Source: Selaginella moellendorffii
Taxonomy: Eukaryota > Plantae > Lycopodiophyta
Reading direction: 5' to 3'
Length of the DNA: 64,000 nucleotides
Assembly (NCBI RefSeq): GCF_000143415.4
Contig: NW_003314318.1
Coordinates: 744,001 to 808,000 of the forward strand
The notes beneath the pieces were generated by a model. The model was not told the origin of the DNA. It worked only from the letters and a program-made list of their open reading frames with translations, and made no database searches. This document shows positions 24,456 through 36,294 of the stretch, in pieces (position 1 is the first letter of the stretch; the number at the start of each line of letters is the position of its first letter). The position numbers and the translations under genes were made by a program.

Positions 24456-26544
24456 TCAATCAAACCGCGACTTCTCTATATGTTTCCTTCCTCGTCCTCG
24501 TCCTCTTCCTGTGCGAGCTCTATCAGCTTCTCTGTTGGCACGGAAATGATCTCTTCTTTGAACTGGGCGTCGACATCAACATCGTCTTCTTCTTCATCAT
24601 CCTCCTCCTGAACGAACGAACAAACTGTTCATCAAAACAGACCCATCCAACATGCGTGTAAAGTTCTTACCTCTGTATCTTTGTCGCCAATGTCAATAGC
24701 TGCGGCCATTTCTTCCACAACTGCTTCATCCTCCTGGAATTCAAGAGCCATCAATCAAGAGCTGCTTGAAAACGGAAAAGAAGCTCACCTCGGCCCTTGC
24801 GGCTGCAGCTTCAAGTCGTTGCTGCTGCAAAGCCATTATGCGGTTGTGTTCAGCTCGTGTTTTCATCCGACCACCCTGCATGAATGTTTCAAAAGGAGGA
24901 TAAGCCAAAATGCAAGTCAAAAGTATATCTTACTGTACCCGTACCCGTATCAAGTGTTCTATGAGATTTGGCCTTGGCTGATGGAAATTTGGCCCTCGGT
25001 AATCTGGAATTTCATCTGGTTTTTTTCTGTAATTTATAGTTGGATAGACAGGATCGCCACCAAAAACTGAAACAAACCAGCCAACGACCGAATCAGGTGG
25101 ATCCAAGAAACGATTTTGTAACTCACCGGATCTTTTCATCTCTCGCGTCGCACGCATCACAAGTGGATCTCTTCTGATTCGAACATCAGTACCCATCATT
25201 TGTCGATATTCTCTCTGAGTCTGGCAAGCCAACATATTCATCAACTGCAAAGCCACGTCTTCTCCCGTTTCCTCGTAGTGCTTCTGAACAGCTTCTTTCG
25301 ACGTATCCTTGTCCCACGCTTTCACCCATTCATGATAATATGCCATTGCCCCTATTTCGTCCCTCCGTTTCGCTTCCGCCGCCAACCTGAAAGTTTTGTG
25401 TTAAGTTTACAGCCAGCACAAAGAGAAATTTTTGGCAAGGTAGCTCACCTTTCCTCTTTGAACACGAATTTTCGAGCACGATAAATGTGCGTCTCTGTCA
25501 CAGTTGGCGTGTCTCCGAACAACTTAATCTGTCCTGTCAGTGCCGCCATAGCTGCCATTGTCTACATACAAACGTACAAACGCAAGCTCGAGTGTTAGAG
25601 AAAGTTTGCAAGTGGAGAACTTACGATATCAGGAAGCCCAGGACGTTTCTGGAATTCACTCCAGACGTGCTCATCAGGCCGTCGGTTCTTCCAGTTCCAC
25701 CATAGCTCGTCGTTTGTCAGCGGAGGACGCTCGTCCTTGGCGACCTTCCTGGGCTTGTATGACGAAATAAGCGCGTAGCATTCTTTGTCCGGGAAGTTCA
25801 TGTCGACGACATCAAGGTCTCCTTCCTGTTTTTCTTCGTCTTCCAACTCGTCTTCAGCTTGATCATCGTCTTCCTCCTCCTCTTCACTCTCGTACACAAC
25901 TTCCACGTCGGCCATGTTCTTACCTTCAATCACCTTAAGCTTCTCCCCCTCCATGATTTTCCATCTATCACTTTCTTTCTTGCTCTTTCTTTTGGTCCGC
26001 GCAACAACCGCCTCGGCTTTTGCCCCATCTCTGTCATCAACAACTTTAACTTCCACCGCTGTAGCTTCTACAACTTTCCGCTTAGGTGCTGCCCTTTTCT
26101 TCTTCGGTTTTTCAAGGGGCTGTTCATCCGAGTCCCTGGGAGAAGCTGCTGCCGATGCTCGAGATTGTCGCTTCGTAACTTTCGGAGTCACAGCTTCTTC
26201 TTCTTGCTTGGGTTGAGCCGAAGGATCATCAGCCTTCTTCCGACGTCTCGGCTTGGGCTTGGGTGTCTCAGAAGCGTCAGCACCGCTACATCGTATAACC
26301 AGCGGTCTTCGAAATCCACCTCGGAGAAGGCTCTACAAATGAAAAACGCCACAAAACCAAAACTGAAATAGAAAGGAAAATGTAGTGTACCGTGGAGAAG
26401 CTTAGTCTCAAACGTGGAAGAGAGTAGTGGCCAATGAGCTCTGGAATCTCCAGAATTAGACGAAATCTCGTTCTTCAATGCTGCCTACCACCACTCACCT
26501 GAGCGCCAAGTGCCTGTGCTCACAATGCCAGCTACTGCCGCCAT
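24456..26544 (-). CDS. PTAC12: Plastid transcriptionally active 12 / HEMERA (multi-exon)
   Basis: Conserved motifs ELWWNW, QTQREYRQMMGTDVRIRRDPL, GGDPVYPTINY, DYRGPNFH and EMAAAIDIGD, separated by GT-AG introns of about 50-60 bp. Confidence 0.92.
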
Positions 26545-26567
26545 GCTCCCTCGCTAAAACCATCCAT

Positions 26568-26576
26568 AAACCCTAG
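26568..26576 (+). promoter_or_regulatory. Telo-box (AAACCCTAG) in the 90-bp divergent PTAC12/PPR interval
   Basis: Motif seen directly. Similar boxes lie near 29593, 36165, 41830, 42770-42810, 52450 and 61637, close to gene starts. Confidence 0.5.
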
Positions 26577-26634
26577 CGCACGACCCGTCCTTAGATTATA
26601 GAGCAACTTAATTCTTCTTACCTCATGTTCGTGC

Positions 26635-28653
26635 ATGCATAATCTCCGCATTGTCCAGGAACTTGGATCTCAGATCCAGCAATGCGCCAAAACGCGATCG
26701 CTGCTCCAGGGCAAGGAGCTCCACCGCGAAGTCCACAAGAATGGCTATGGCGCTCACACATTCGTCGCGAATTCTCTGATCCAGATGTATGGCAGCTGCC
26801 AGTGCCTGCAAGAAGCCCGATCAATCTTCCACAGCACCCGCAATCGAAATATTTACTCGTGGACAATCTTTCTTGTCGCCAGTGCCGAGAATGGGGATCT
26901 CGATCACGCCAAGATTGTCTTCAACAGGATGCCGGCTCGAAATCTTGCATCCTGGAACGCTCTCATCGCTGCCTGCGCGCGAAACGATCAGTGCCAAGAC
27001 GCATTGGAGATTTTCTACCGGATGAGCCTGCAGGGAGAGCGTCCAGACGATCTTACCTTCGTCAGCGCGATCGATTCTTGCGGGATCTTGCGATCATTGC
27101 GAGATGGGAAGCTGCTCCACGAGCAAACCCTCGAGGCCGGCCTTGTCCACAACACCGCGGTAGCGAACACGCTGATCACAATGTACGGGAAATGCCAGCG
27201 TCTGGACAGCGCTTGGAGCGTCTTCGCGGACATCCCCAATCCAGACGTTGTCTCTTGGACAAGCATCGCCACAGCATTTGCCAGGAACGGATATTTCGAT
27301 CGATCGCTGGAGCTCTTCCAAGAAATGCCCGTGGCGAAGAATGTCGTCTGCTGGAGCGCGATCATCACCGCCGCGGCGCGATGCGATCGACACAGCGCAG
27401 CATTCCAGCTCTTCCAGGCGATGGATCAGGAAGGCGCAAGACCTAATACTCTGATCTATTTGACGCTCCTCCAGGGAAGCCATTCCACCTCTACGATTAG
27501 GGCGATACACTGTACGGCCGAAGAGGACGAAGAACTGGCCAGGGATTCGAACCCCGCCGTGATGAACGCCGTACTCTCTGCGTACGGCAGGTACGGAGAC
27601 CTGGCCAGATCTTGGGCCGTGTTCTCGCGGATGGAAAGAAGAGATCCAATCACCTGGAATTCAATCGCGACTGCTTGTGCGCAATCTGGAGATTTCGATG
27701 GAGCGATGCGTGCGCTCGAGAGAATGCCGCAGTGGGAGATTTCGTCGTGGAACATAGGCATCGCGGCAATTGCCAAGGGTGGCGCGACGGCGTCGGCGAT
27801 CTCTTTCTCTTTCCGGATAAATCTCGAGGGAATCAAGCCCGACGGCGCCACATTCATCGCGCTGATCGATTCATGCGCATCGCCCAATTCGCTGCCGGAT
27901 GCCAAGAGGATCGCGTCGTGGATCGGCGACAGCGAATTCTGGTCGGATCCGCGGCTCCGGGACGCCACGATCGACATGTTTGGCCGATGCGACGACCTCG
28001 ACACCGCCAGGGCGATTTTCCTTGAGAATCCAACCAGCGCCACGGGGTGGGCGAAGATGGTCGCGAATTGCGCCCGAAATGGGGACTCCCGGACAGCGAT
28101 CAATCTCTTCAAGCAAATGGATCTCGAGGGAGTCAAGCCGATCGCTCTCGCATTCGTGGGCGCGATTGCGGCGTGCTCCAATTCCGCGGCGCTGGGCGAG
28201 GGCGAGGCAATCCACGCGTGTTTCGAGGAGGAAGAACACGCAGACCGCGAAACAGAGCATGGCCCAAGTACGGGCATGGTCCACAACGCGGCCATCCACA
28301 TGTACGGCCGCTGTGGATCCTTGGGCCGGGCAGATTCCCTCTTTCGATCGCTGCGCCGCCAGAGCGTCGTGTCGTGGACTTCCATCATCAGGGCTTTCGC
28401 GAGCAACGGGCGCGTGGATCTAGGGTTTCGCCTCTTCCGCGAGATGCAGCTCCAGGGGACGCCACCCAGCGCGGTCACCATGGCGGAGCTCCAATCCGCC
28501 TGTGCCCATCTCGGCCTCCTGCGCGATGGATTGGACTCGCTCGCGTCTATGCTGCTCGATCACGGCATCGCGCCCACCGCCGAGAACTACGCCTGCATTG
28601 CCGATCTGCTCCGCCGATCGAAGGCCCAGGAAGACGAGGACGGGGAACTCTAG
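26635..28653 (+). CDS. PLS-class pentatricopeptide repeat protein (no E/DYW extension)
   Basis: 672 aa intronless; repeated VANSLIQMYGSC / SWNALIAA / PDDLTFVSAIDSC P-L-S motifs; stops shortly after NYACIADLLRRS. Confidence 0.93.
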   Translation: MHNLRIVQELGSQIQQCAKTRSLLQGKELHREVHKNGYGAHTFVANSLIQMYGSCQCLQEARSIFHSTRNRNIYSWTIFLVASAENGDLDHAKIVFNRMPARNLASWNALIAACARNDQCQDALEIFYRMSLQGERPDDLTFVSAIDSCGILRSLRDGKLLHEQTLEAGLVHNTAVANTLITMYGKCQRLDSAWSVFADIPNPDVVSWTSIATAFARNGYFDRSLELFQEMPVAKNVVCWSAIITAAARCDRHSAAFQLFQAMDQEGARPNTLIYLTLLQGSHSTSTIRAIHCTAEEDEELARDSNPAVMNAVLSAYGRYGDLARSWAVFSRMERRDPITWNSIATACAQSGDFDGAMRALERMPQWEISSWNIGIAAIAKGGATASAISFSFRINLEGIKPDGATFIALIDSCASPNSLPDAKRIASWIGDSEFWSDPRLRDATIDMFGRCDDLDTARAIFLENPTSATGWAKMVANCARNGDSRTAINLFKQMDLEGVKPIALAFVGAIAACSNSAALGEGEAIHACFEEEEHADRETEHGPSTGMVHNAAIHMYGRCGSLGRADSLFRSLRRQSVVSWTSIIRAFASNGRVDLGFRLFREMQLQGTPPSAVTMAELQSACAHLGLLRDGLDSLASMLLDHGIAPTAENYACIADLLRRSKAQEDEDGEL

Positions 28654-29914
28654 CGCCAGGGCCAGGATCGAACCCTGGCAGGGGAGTTATCATGATTGAA
28701 TACACATCACATCAGCTTGAAATGGACTCGAGAATGAGAACCACAGATCGGTATGACGCTATGACACGATTGACGTGAGCAATTGGCTTTATATCTTATT
28801 CCCGGGGCACATGAACAAAACACATTGGAAACCATTTTTTCTTTCAAAAAAAAAAACAAAAAAAAGAGAGGAGAATATCCGGCCTTTGGGCGGGAGAATA
28901 TCCAACGAGAAGAAGTGTACGGGACACCTACCGTACACGCCAATAAATGCCTCGTCAACTGACGGGGCGTCGAATGACGGGCGCCTCTCCCTAGGGCATA
29001 TTTCACTGACACGACAACGGCCCTTGGATTTACCGGTCCAGAGATACACCGGCGAGGTTTCCCTTCGGTAAAAAGTAAATTACCTCCATTGCCATGGATC
29101 AATCAATGATAATCGAAGAGCGTTCATGGAGGTAAAAAGGCCGTTGGAAAGGTTTCCAACAAAATATAAGGTGGCAAAAGGCTGGCAGTTGCAACCCTTC
29201 CGTACGGTTCTTCAAACCCGCCATGCAAAAGAAAAGAGAGAAAAGGTGACGCAGAACATTCATATATCATAAAGGGAAGCGAAGAATTAGGGTTCCCTGC
29301 GCAATCCAGTGTCGCTTTTGTACTTTTCTAGAAGGGCCAATGCGTTGGAATGGGTTGGATTCTTCGAAGTAAAAGGAGCGATTAAAATTGGAAATTTCAC
29401 CGCCAAGGGAGCGTGAGAGTGAGGCCCTTCTTCTACATCGCCCGCAAAGATACCTTCCAAGCTCGTGTTTTTGTCATTGATACAACTAGATTCCACGGGC
29501 ATATGCCGCACCGGGAAACATTCCCCCCACTACCGTACGGATGTACCCGGCGACGGGCGGTGACGGGTGGTAACGGGCGTCGGCGGCGGGAAAACCCTAA
29601 CCGGCCACCGGGAAATGCCACCGGTAACATTAACTTGCTCTGTTCTTTTGCTTTGGCCCTTGGAATTTTTTTTTTTCTTCTCTCGTGGCATTTTGGAGGA
29701 CACGAAAACACAGTGGCGAGCTCCAAATCTCTGCTTCTCCGGAGGATCGCGTCTATTTTCTCGCAAACAAGAGAGAGAGCGAGAGAGAGAGAAGGAAGAG
29801 CTCTCGCGAAAGGGAGAGAGAGTTTTTCTTCCTTCCTTGTCTCGCCCTTTTTCCCCCTTGTGATCCCCCCATTCCATTCCATTCTCTCTCTCTCTCGGAG
29901 CCTCGGATCCGCGG

Positions 29915-32900
29915 TTGAATCTCCGGCGGGCACTGGGATTCGCGCGAGAGAGCAGTGAGATTCGCGGGCGGGCGAGGCATTGGGCATCTGGGTCGCGCGA
30001 GGAATTGGAGGAGCAAGCTAGAGGGCTTCCCTCTCATGGGTTGCTTGTGCCAGGCGCTCACTCCCAGGTAAGCCATAGCAGCAAGGCAAGGAGGAGCCGC
30101 GCGAGCGAGGCAAGCGATGCGAGAGAGGGAGCCAGGTATGGCGGCATTGGAGCCGCCGCGGCATCGTCTCTCCTCCTCCGCCACCGTGATCACACCATGA
30201 CGACGCCGCCGCTGGAATGCCAATGCTGATGAATCCCAGCTCGCCGCCAATGTGAGCGGAATCGCCCCGCAGCTCCTCCGCCAGCCCCCAATCTCGTCGA
30301 TGCCTCCGCCGCCGGGATTCCCCGTGGGATAGGGATTTGTCCTAGGCTCCTCCTCGCCGCCGCCGCGCGCCTCCTCTCCTGGCTCTACTGGGTTCCTTCT
30401 CCTCTCTATCCAGGCGGCCTGGCTCTAGACCAGTACCTAGAGAACCGCCGGCTGGCGGTACCGCCGCCCGCCGCCAGCGGCATAAGGCCCTCGCCTGGCG
30501 GTATACCGCGCGGTACGCCGTCCTCACAGTTTGGGATCCTAGCCAACTTATCAAACTTGTCCTCTTCGGGTGGAGCTTTCCATAGCGGCAGCAATCCTTC
30601 TCCCAGCTCGCTAAATTATGCGCTGCTTGGATCCAGCGTAGATGTTCTCAGCCCAACTTCTTCCTCCGGGAACCTTGGAAATAATCCATCCGCCGCCGCC
30701 GCCACCACCACCTCGAGCGCGAGTTTGCTGAGGAGTTCCTCGTCGAGGCTCGAGCATGATCCGGGGCTGGCCAACTTCCAGCCTCCAATGCAGCTGGTTT
30801 CCAGCGCTGCGCAGGAGCAAGCCAGCGGCGGGGCGGTGGTGGGAGGTGGCGGCGGGGGTGGCGGAAGCGGTGGTGGTGGTGGTGGCGGTAATAATGGTAC
30901 GTCGACGATCACCACCATGCAAGACCATCACCAGGCGGCGATGGCGGCTGGGGGAGTGAAGTTGGAACCGGTGGAGCCGCAGACTCATCATCTCCACCAG
31001 CAAATGCTACAGTCGCAGCATCACCACCAACAGCAAAACAGCGTTTTGATCCCGAAAGTGGAGGTGAAGCTCGAGGAGGAGCTCCACCAGCAGATGCTCC
31101 AGCAGCAGCAAGCCCGGCAGCAGCAGCAGCAGCTCCAGGCTCATCTCAGCCTCCTCAACCAGCAGAGATTGCTCAAGCACCACCAGCAGCAGCTGCTGCA
31201 ATCGCTGCCTCAGAACCAGTCTCATCTCCACCAGCGCCAGCAGCACCTCCAGCACTTGCAACAGCAGCAGCAACAGCAGCAGCTCCAGCATTTGCAGCAG
31301 CAGCAACAGCAGCAGCAGCAGCAGCAGCTCCACCAGCAGAACCAAAGCTTCGTCGCGAGTTCTTCCTCATCGAGCAACGCCCCTCCGCCGCAGCACCTCC
31401 TGGCTCTTCAGCTTAAGCAAGTCTACGAGCCTGGCTCTTGCTCGCGCCGTGTCATGCAGTATATCTATCACCAAAGGCATCGGCCTCAGGTACTCCACTC
31501 TCTTTCTCGCGGAGTTCCACAAACTCGGCAAGCTTTTGCAGGACAATAGCATAACGTTTTGGAGGAGATTCATCGCGGAGTACTTTGCCCCCCGTGCGAA
31601 GAAGCGCTGGTGTGTTTCTTTGTACGGGAATGGGAACAATGGCCGCCAGCCAACTGGTGTCTTCCCTCAGGTGAAAACTCTCAGGAGAATACTTCTTGAC
31701 GTGACAAAACTCTGTTGGTTTCTCTCAGGACGTTTGGCAATGTGAAATCTGTGGAACAAAACCGGGTCGAGGCTTTGGTGAGTTCTTTCCTTGCTTATGT
31801 GTTTTGGAGTGTTTGTGATTTTCGTTCTTGTTCTAGAGACGACTGTGGAGGTTTTGCCACGGCTTTGCAAAATCAAGTATGACAGTGGCATCCTCGAGGA
31901 GCTCCTGTTCGTGGACATGCCTCACGAGTACCGCTTGGCGTCGGGGGTCATCGTTTTAGAGTATGGGAAAGCCATTCAAGAGAGCATCTTTGATCAATTG
32001 CGTGTTGTGCGGGATGGTCAGCTCCGGATAATCTTCTCTCCTGATCTCAAGGTAAGACAGAAGAACAAATGAAAACAAACATTGAGAGGTGTAGTTATAC
32101 TTGAATTGTTTTTCTTCTTGACAGATACACTCTTGGGAATTTTGTGCAAGGAGTCATGAAGAACTGCTTCCTCGAAGAATGATAGTTCCACAGGTTGACT
32201 TCTTCTTTCTTTGTAATCCGGGGTTCAAAGTTTTCGACTTGCAGGTGACCCAGCTGGCCACCGTCGCACAAAAGTACCAACAAAGTGTCGCGCAAACGGG
32301 AACTGCTGGACTATCGTCACAGGACCTACAAACAAATTGTAGCATGTGAGAAATTTTTTTCTCTTCCTTATGTTTGTGGTTTTTCATCCTTTATTCTTTC
32401 AGGTTTGTAACAAGCTCGCGAAATCTTGCAAGAAACTTGGAAGTTCCGACGGTAAATGACCTTGGCTATACGAAGAGATACGTTAGGTGTCTTCAGGTAA
32501 ACTTTTGTATTTTCAATGTACGAAACTATATGAGAACTCGGGTTTTTTTGTTCAGATATCAGAGGTAGTAAACAGTATGAAAGATTTGATTGACTTCAGT
32601 CGAGAAAACTCTATGGGACCCAAGGGTACTTCCTACTTTCATAGATTGATTTTTACCTGTGACGATTGATTTTGGTTATCGCAGCGAGCTTGGAGATTTT
32701 TCCTCGTCGGACAAGCCTTGGGGGTGCCTCGACTACTATGGCTAATGGAAATCACCAGCAGCAGCAGCAGCAAACTTTGCTCCTCCAGCAACATCAACAG
32801 CAGCAGCATCAGCAGCAGCATCAGCAACAGCAACAGCAACAATTGCAGCCGCAGGAGTTGCAAATCTCGTCAACTTCTCAAGAACACGATCACCAACATC

Positions 32901-33637
32901 AACTCATGAGCTCCTCCACCATTGCTCCGCCGAGACAACAACATAATCATCAACAACAACAACAACATCACGCACACCAACACCAACACCAATATCAATT
33001 CCAACACCAACAGCAGCAACTAGGAACTTCTTTACAGGGCCTTCTCGGCTCATTCCCTTCTCTACTCCACCAGCATCAGCAGCAGCAGCAGCAGCAGCAG
33101 CAAAGTAACAGCGCTACGATATCTCCAGCTTCATCGCTCATCATCCCCAAGAACACCACCACCACCGCCAACAACAACAGCTTCCAGGCCGCGCAGATCC
33201 TCACGAGCAGCAGCAATCTCCAGAGCCCAACGAGCTCCGGAAACTTGATGAGCTCTCCTCCGGCAATAATGGGCAGTAACAGCGCCTCGATGCTCCAGCA
33301 GCAACCTAGCAGCCAGCAGCACCAGCAGCAGGATAGCGTCGTCCATCAGCTCTTGCAAGAGATGATGATGAACGCTGGGAGCAGCGGGATGATCTCGCCA
33401 GGGAATAGTTTGAGCCACGGCGTTGGGAACGTAAACGGTTTTGGAGCCTCGGTGCTGGAGAGCACGTCCAACTTGGGGATGGGCATGAGAAGTACACAGC
33501 AGCAAAAGAGTTTGTATATGAGTTCTTCGCAAGATCACGGTGGAGGAGTCCATGACCTAGCCGAGAACGGGATATTGAGCAGTTTGGGAGCGGCAAATGG
33601 TTTTGCAAGCTTGCCGTTCGACTGGAAATCGCCGTGA
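29915..33637 (+). CDS. SEU: SEUSS-like transcriptional co-regulator (LIM-binding domain, poly-Q); start uncertain
   Basis: Motifs YEPGSCSRRVMQY, FWRRFIAEYFAPRAKKRWCVSLY, ETTVEVLPRLCKIKYDSG and VNDLGYTKRYVRCLQISEVVNSMKDLI, plus a C-terminal FDWKSP; multiple short introns. Confidence 0.92.
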
Positions 33638-35178
33638 GATAGCTGTAATACAAAGAGGTAAAAGGTAATAGCAGCGAAAAGCTGAGGGAGCCAGAGAGAG
33701 AAAGGATCTTCCCCTGTGAAAGAGAGACAGATTGATCGTAATTGTCAAAGTGTTCCAACATAGATAGTATTCCAACTCTACTACTAACATAATCATTGTT
33801 TCAAATGAAACAGAGTCCAAAAAATTTGTTATCTTTATTATCAAGAAATCAAAAAGTAAAATGATAGGAAAGAGGGATCAATTTTTAATGTTATACTTTA
33901 TTTAATACATAAAATTTAAAATTTAAAATAATAGTCTCTTTCAAATGTATGTGATAATGTTTAATTGGGAGTAGTTCATTTTGGAAAATTTAAATATTTA
34001 TCATATTAACATAAAACCCATTAAATTTTTACATTATAAATATTTACATTATTAATTATTATATCAAAACTAATGTTATATTCTTTTATTGATAAGATAT
34101 TATACATTAATTAAAATCATTTTAAAATATTTTTGCCTTTTGGTTCATTCCAAGTCATCATTCTTTTATTCACCATAGTATTCAATTGTACCTTCATTCT
34201 TAAAATTTAGACAAAATAAATTTATTTTATTTAATAATTATTATTTTAAAAATATATAAATTTAGAAATATAAATGTTTATTATATTTTTATATAAGTAT
34301 TTTCGTTATTAACTCAATCTAAAGTGTTATAACCTTGAATAATGTTTAAAAATTGTGTTAATTTGTAATTGTGGAGTTGAAAAATAAATAAAGTATTACA
34401 GCATAATAATACATTAACAGTATTAATGATATTGGTTTTTGTTTTGTACTTTTCCACTTAAAAAAACTACTATATATTTATTGTGTCTTTCTTATAAATA
34501 TTTATTGTAAATTTATTTTTAATATTTTTAATACAATTTGATGTAGACTTTTAAAAGTATAAAAGTATTCATAAAACAATTTATAGATACTAAAATTTTA
34601 ATGTATATATACTTAATATTTAAATTTTGGTAAGGTCTCAAAACTTACTAAATATGGAATGGCACTAGATTGCATATTTGGGCATGGGACGAACACCATT
34701 GTGTTCAAGACAATTTCTATATTTCGTAAACATGCCAAAATAGTAAATCTAAATCTATGGTCATAAAAGTTGACTAAAGGGAAGATACAAAAGTAAGTTA
34801 TATTGATGGTCATGAGTCTAAATTAACAATAATATCAGAGAAGACTTAGAAATAAAATGTATTATTTACTAGAATGGTGCTTTATAAGTTGTTGTGGCCT
34901 TTAATGTTCTTTGTTTAGGTTTAAAATTATGAATTTAAAATTGGTTTAAGCATTTAGAAGTTGCACACATAGTTACAATTAATTCATCAAAATTTCATAA
35001 TTAACTGATGTTAGTGCCATAGTTTTTGATTTTGGTTTTATCATGGTTATCACGAATTATGTTGGTTGTGTTATAGGGGTTTTTAATTCTTGTGACAATT
35101 TATAATTCCCCAGTAAAATATTTAAATGTTCTACTTGACTTTTTGTCATCACTTTTTCATCTTCCCAAAGGAAGGATA

Positions 35179-35498
<320 letters not shown>

Positions 35499-36294
35499 TA
35501 CTCTAATTATAATACTATAGCATATATATGGGAATGAATGTGATCCATCCATTTTTGTATATAAGTAGGGATTTAAACCCATATCCTGAGCACTCACATT
35601 CTGAAATTAAATTGAAAATATGATATACAATAAAAATTCTTGTATTAAATTTAAACCACATATGATAAGAATCTTTATAAATGAAGTGGTCTAAAAGTAA
35701 ATGATCCTAATTTAATATTTATATTTCACATGCTCCATATTGTTTTATATTCTAAGAATTAGAAGAAAATTTAAAAGAATCTATCTTGAGATTTTATGTT
35801 TGGTAAGAATTACATTAAGTGCTAATCTTCACTTAGAACTTCAGGATGCACTAATATTAATGCCGAAATTATGAGCAAAGTTTTATGAAAGAAAAAAAAG
35901 CAAAAGGTTAAAGAAATGCTATTAACTAATGCTGTGGGACTGCATTCATTCGTGGAGATGGTGGAGTGAGATCTTTGTTTGGAACTAGACTAATAGTCAG
36001 AACTTGAAGAGCAACAAACAACTGCAAGAACCACTTTACCTATAATTAGTTGCCTTGGATCTTCACATAAAGCACACTTTGTGTATACAAAATTCTATAT
36101 TGTTCTATCCTTGAGGAAGGGTCTGCCCAAGTTAAACTATTCTTTGAGGATATTCCAGCACCATAGGGTTAGGGCTTTTTATTTCCACGAAGGAACACTT
36201 GGATGATGGCGATGGCGGTGGCGGTGGGAGGAGCGGCGAGCTGAGAAGCTGATCCTCGGAATGTAGTGAGCTGCGGGGGGTCGATTCTAGCTCG

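Noticed and set aside
26682-28778. Alternative-frame and antisense ORFs over the PPR gene (likewise 39072-40238)
   Set aside because: Expected shadow ORFs of GC-rich coding sequence, with no recognisable domains.
30611-33761. Poly-L/poly-A antisense ORFs
   Set aside because: Reverse complement of the SEUSS CAG/CAA poly-Q tracts.
36200-36294. N-terminal extension of MINDY
   Set aside because: An in-frame TGA lies at 36250-36252 with no in-frame ATG upstream; the start is assigned to 36295.
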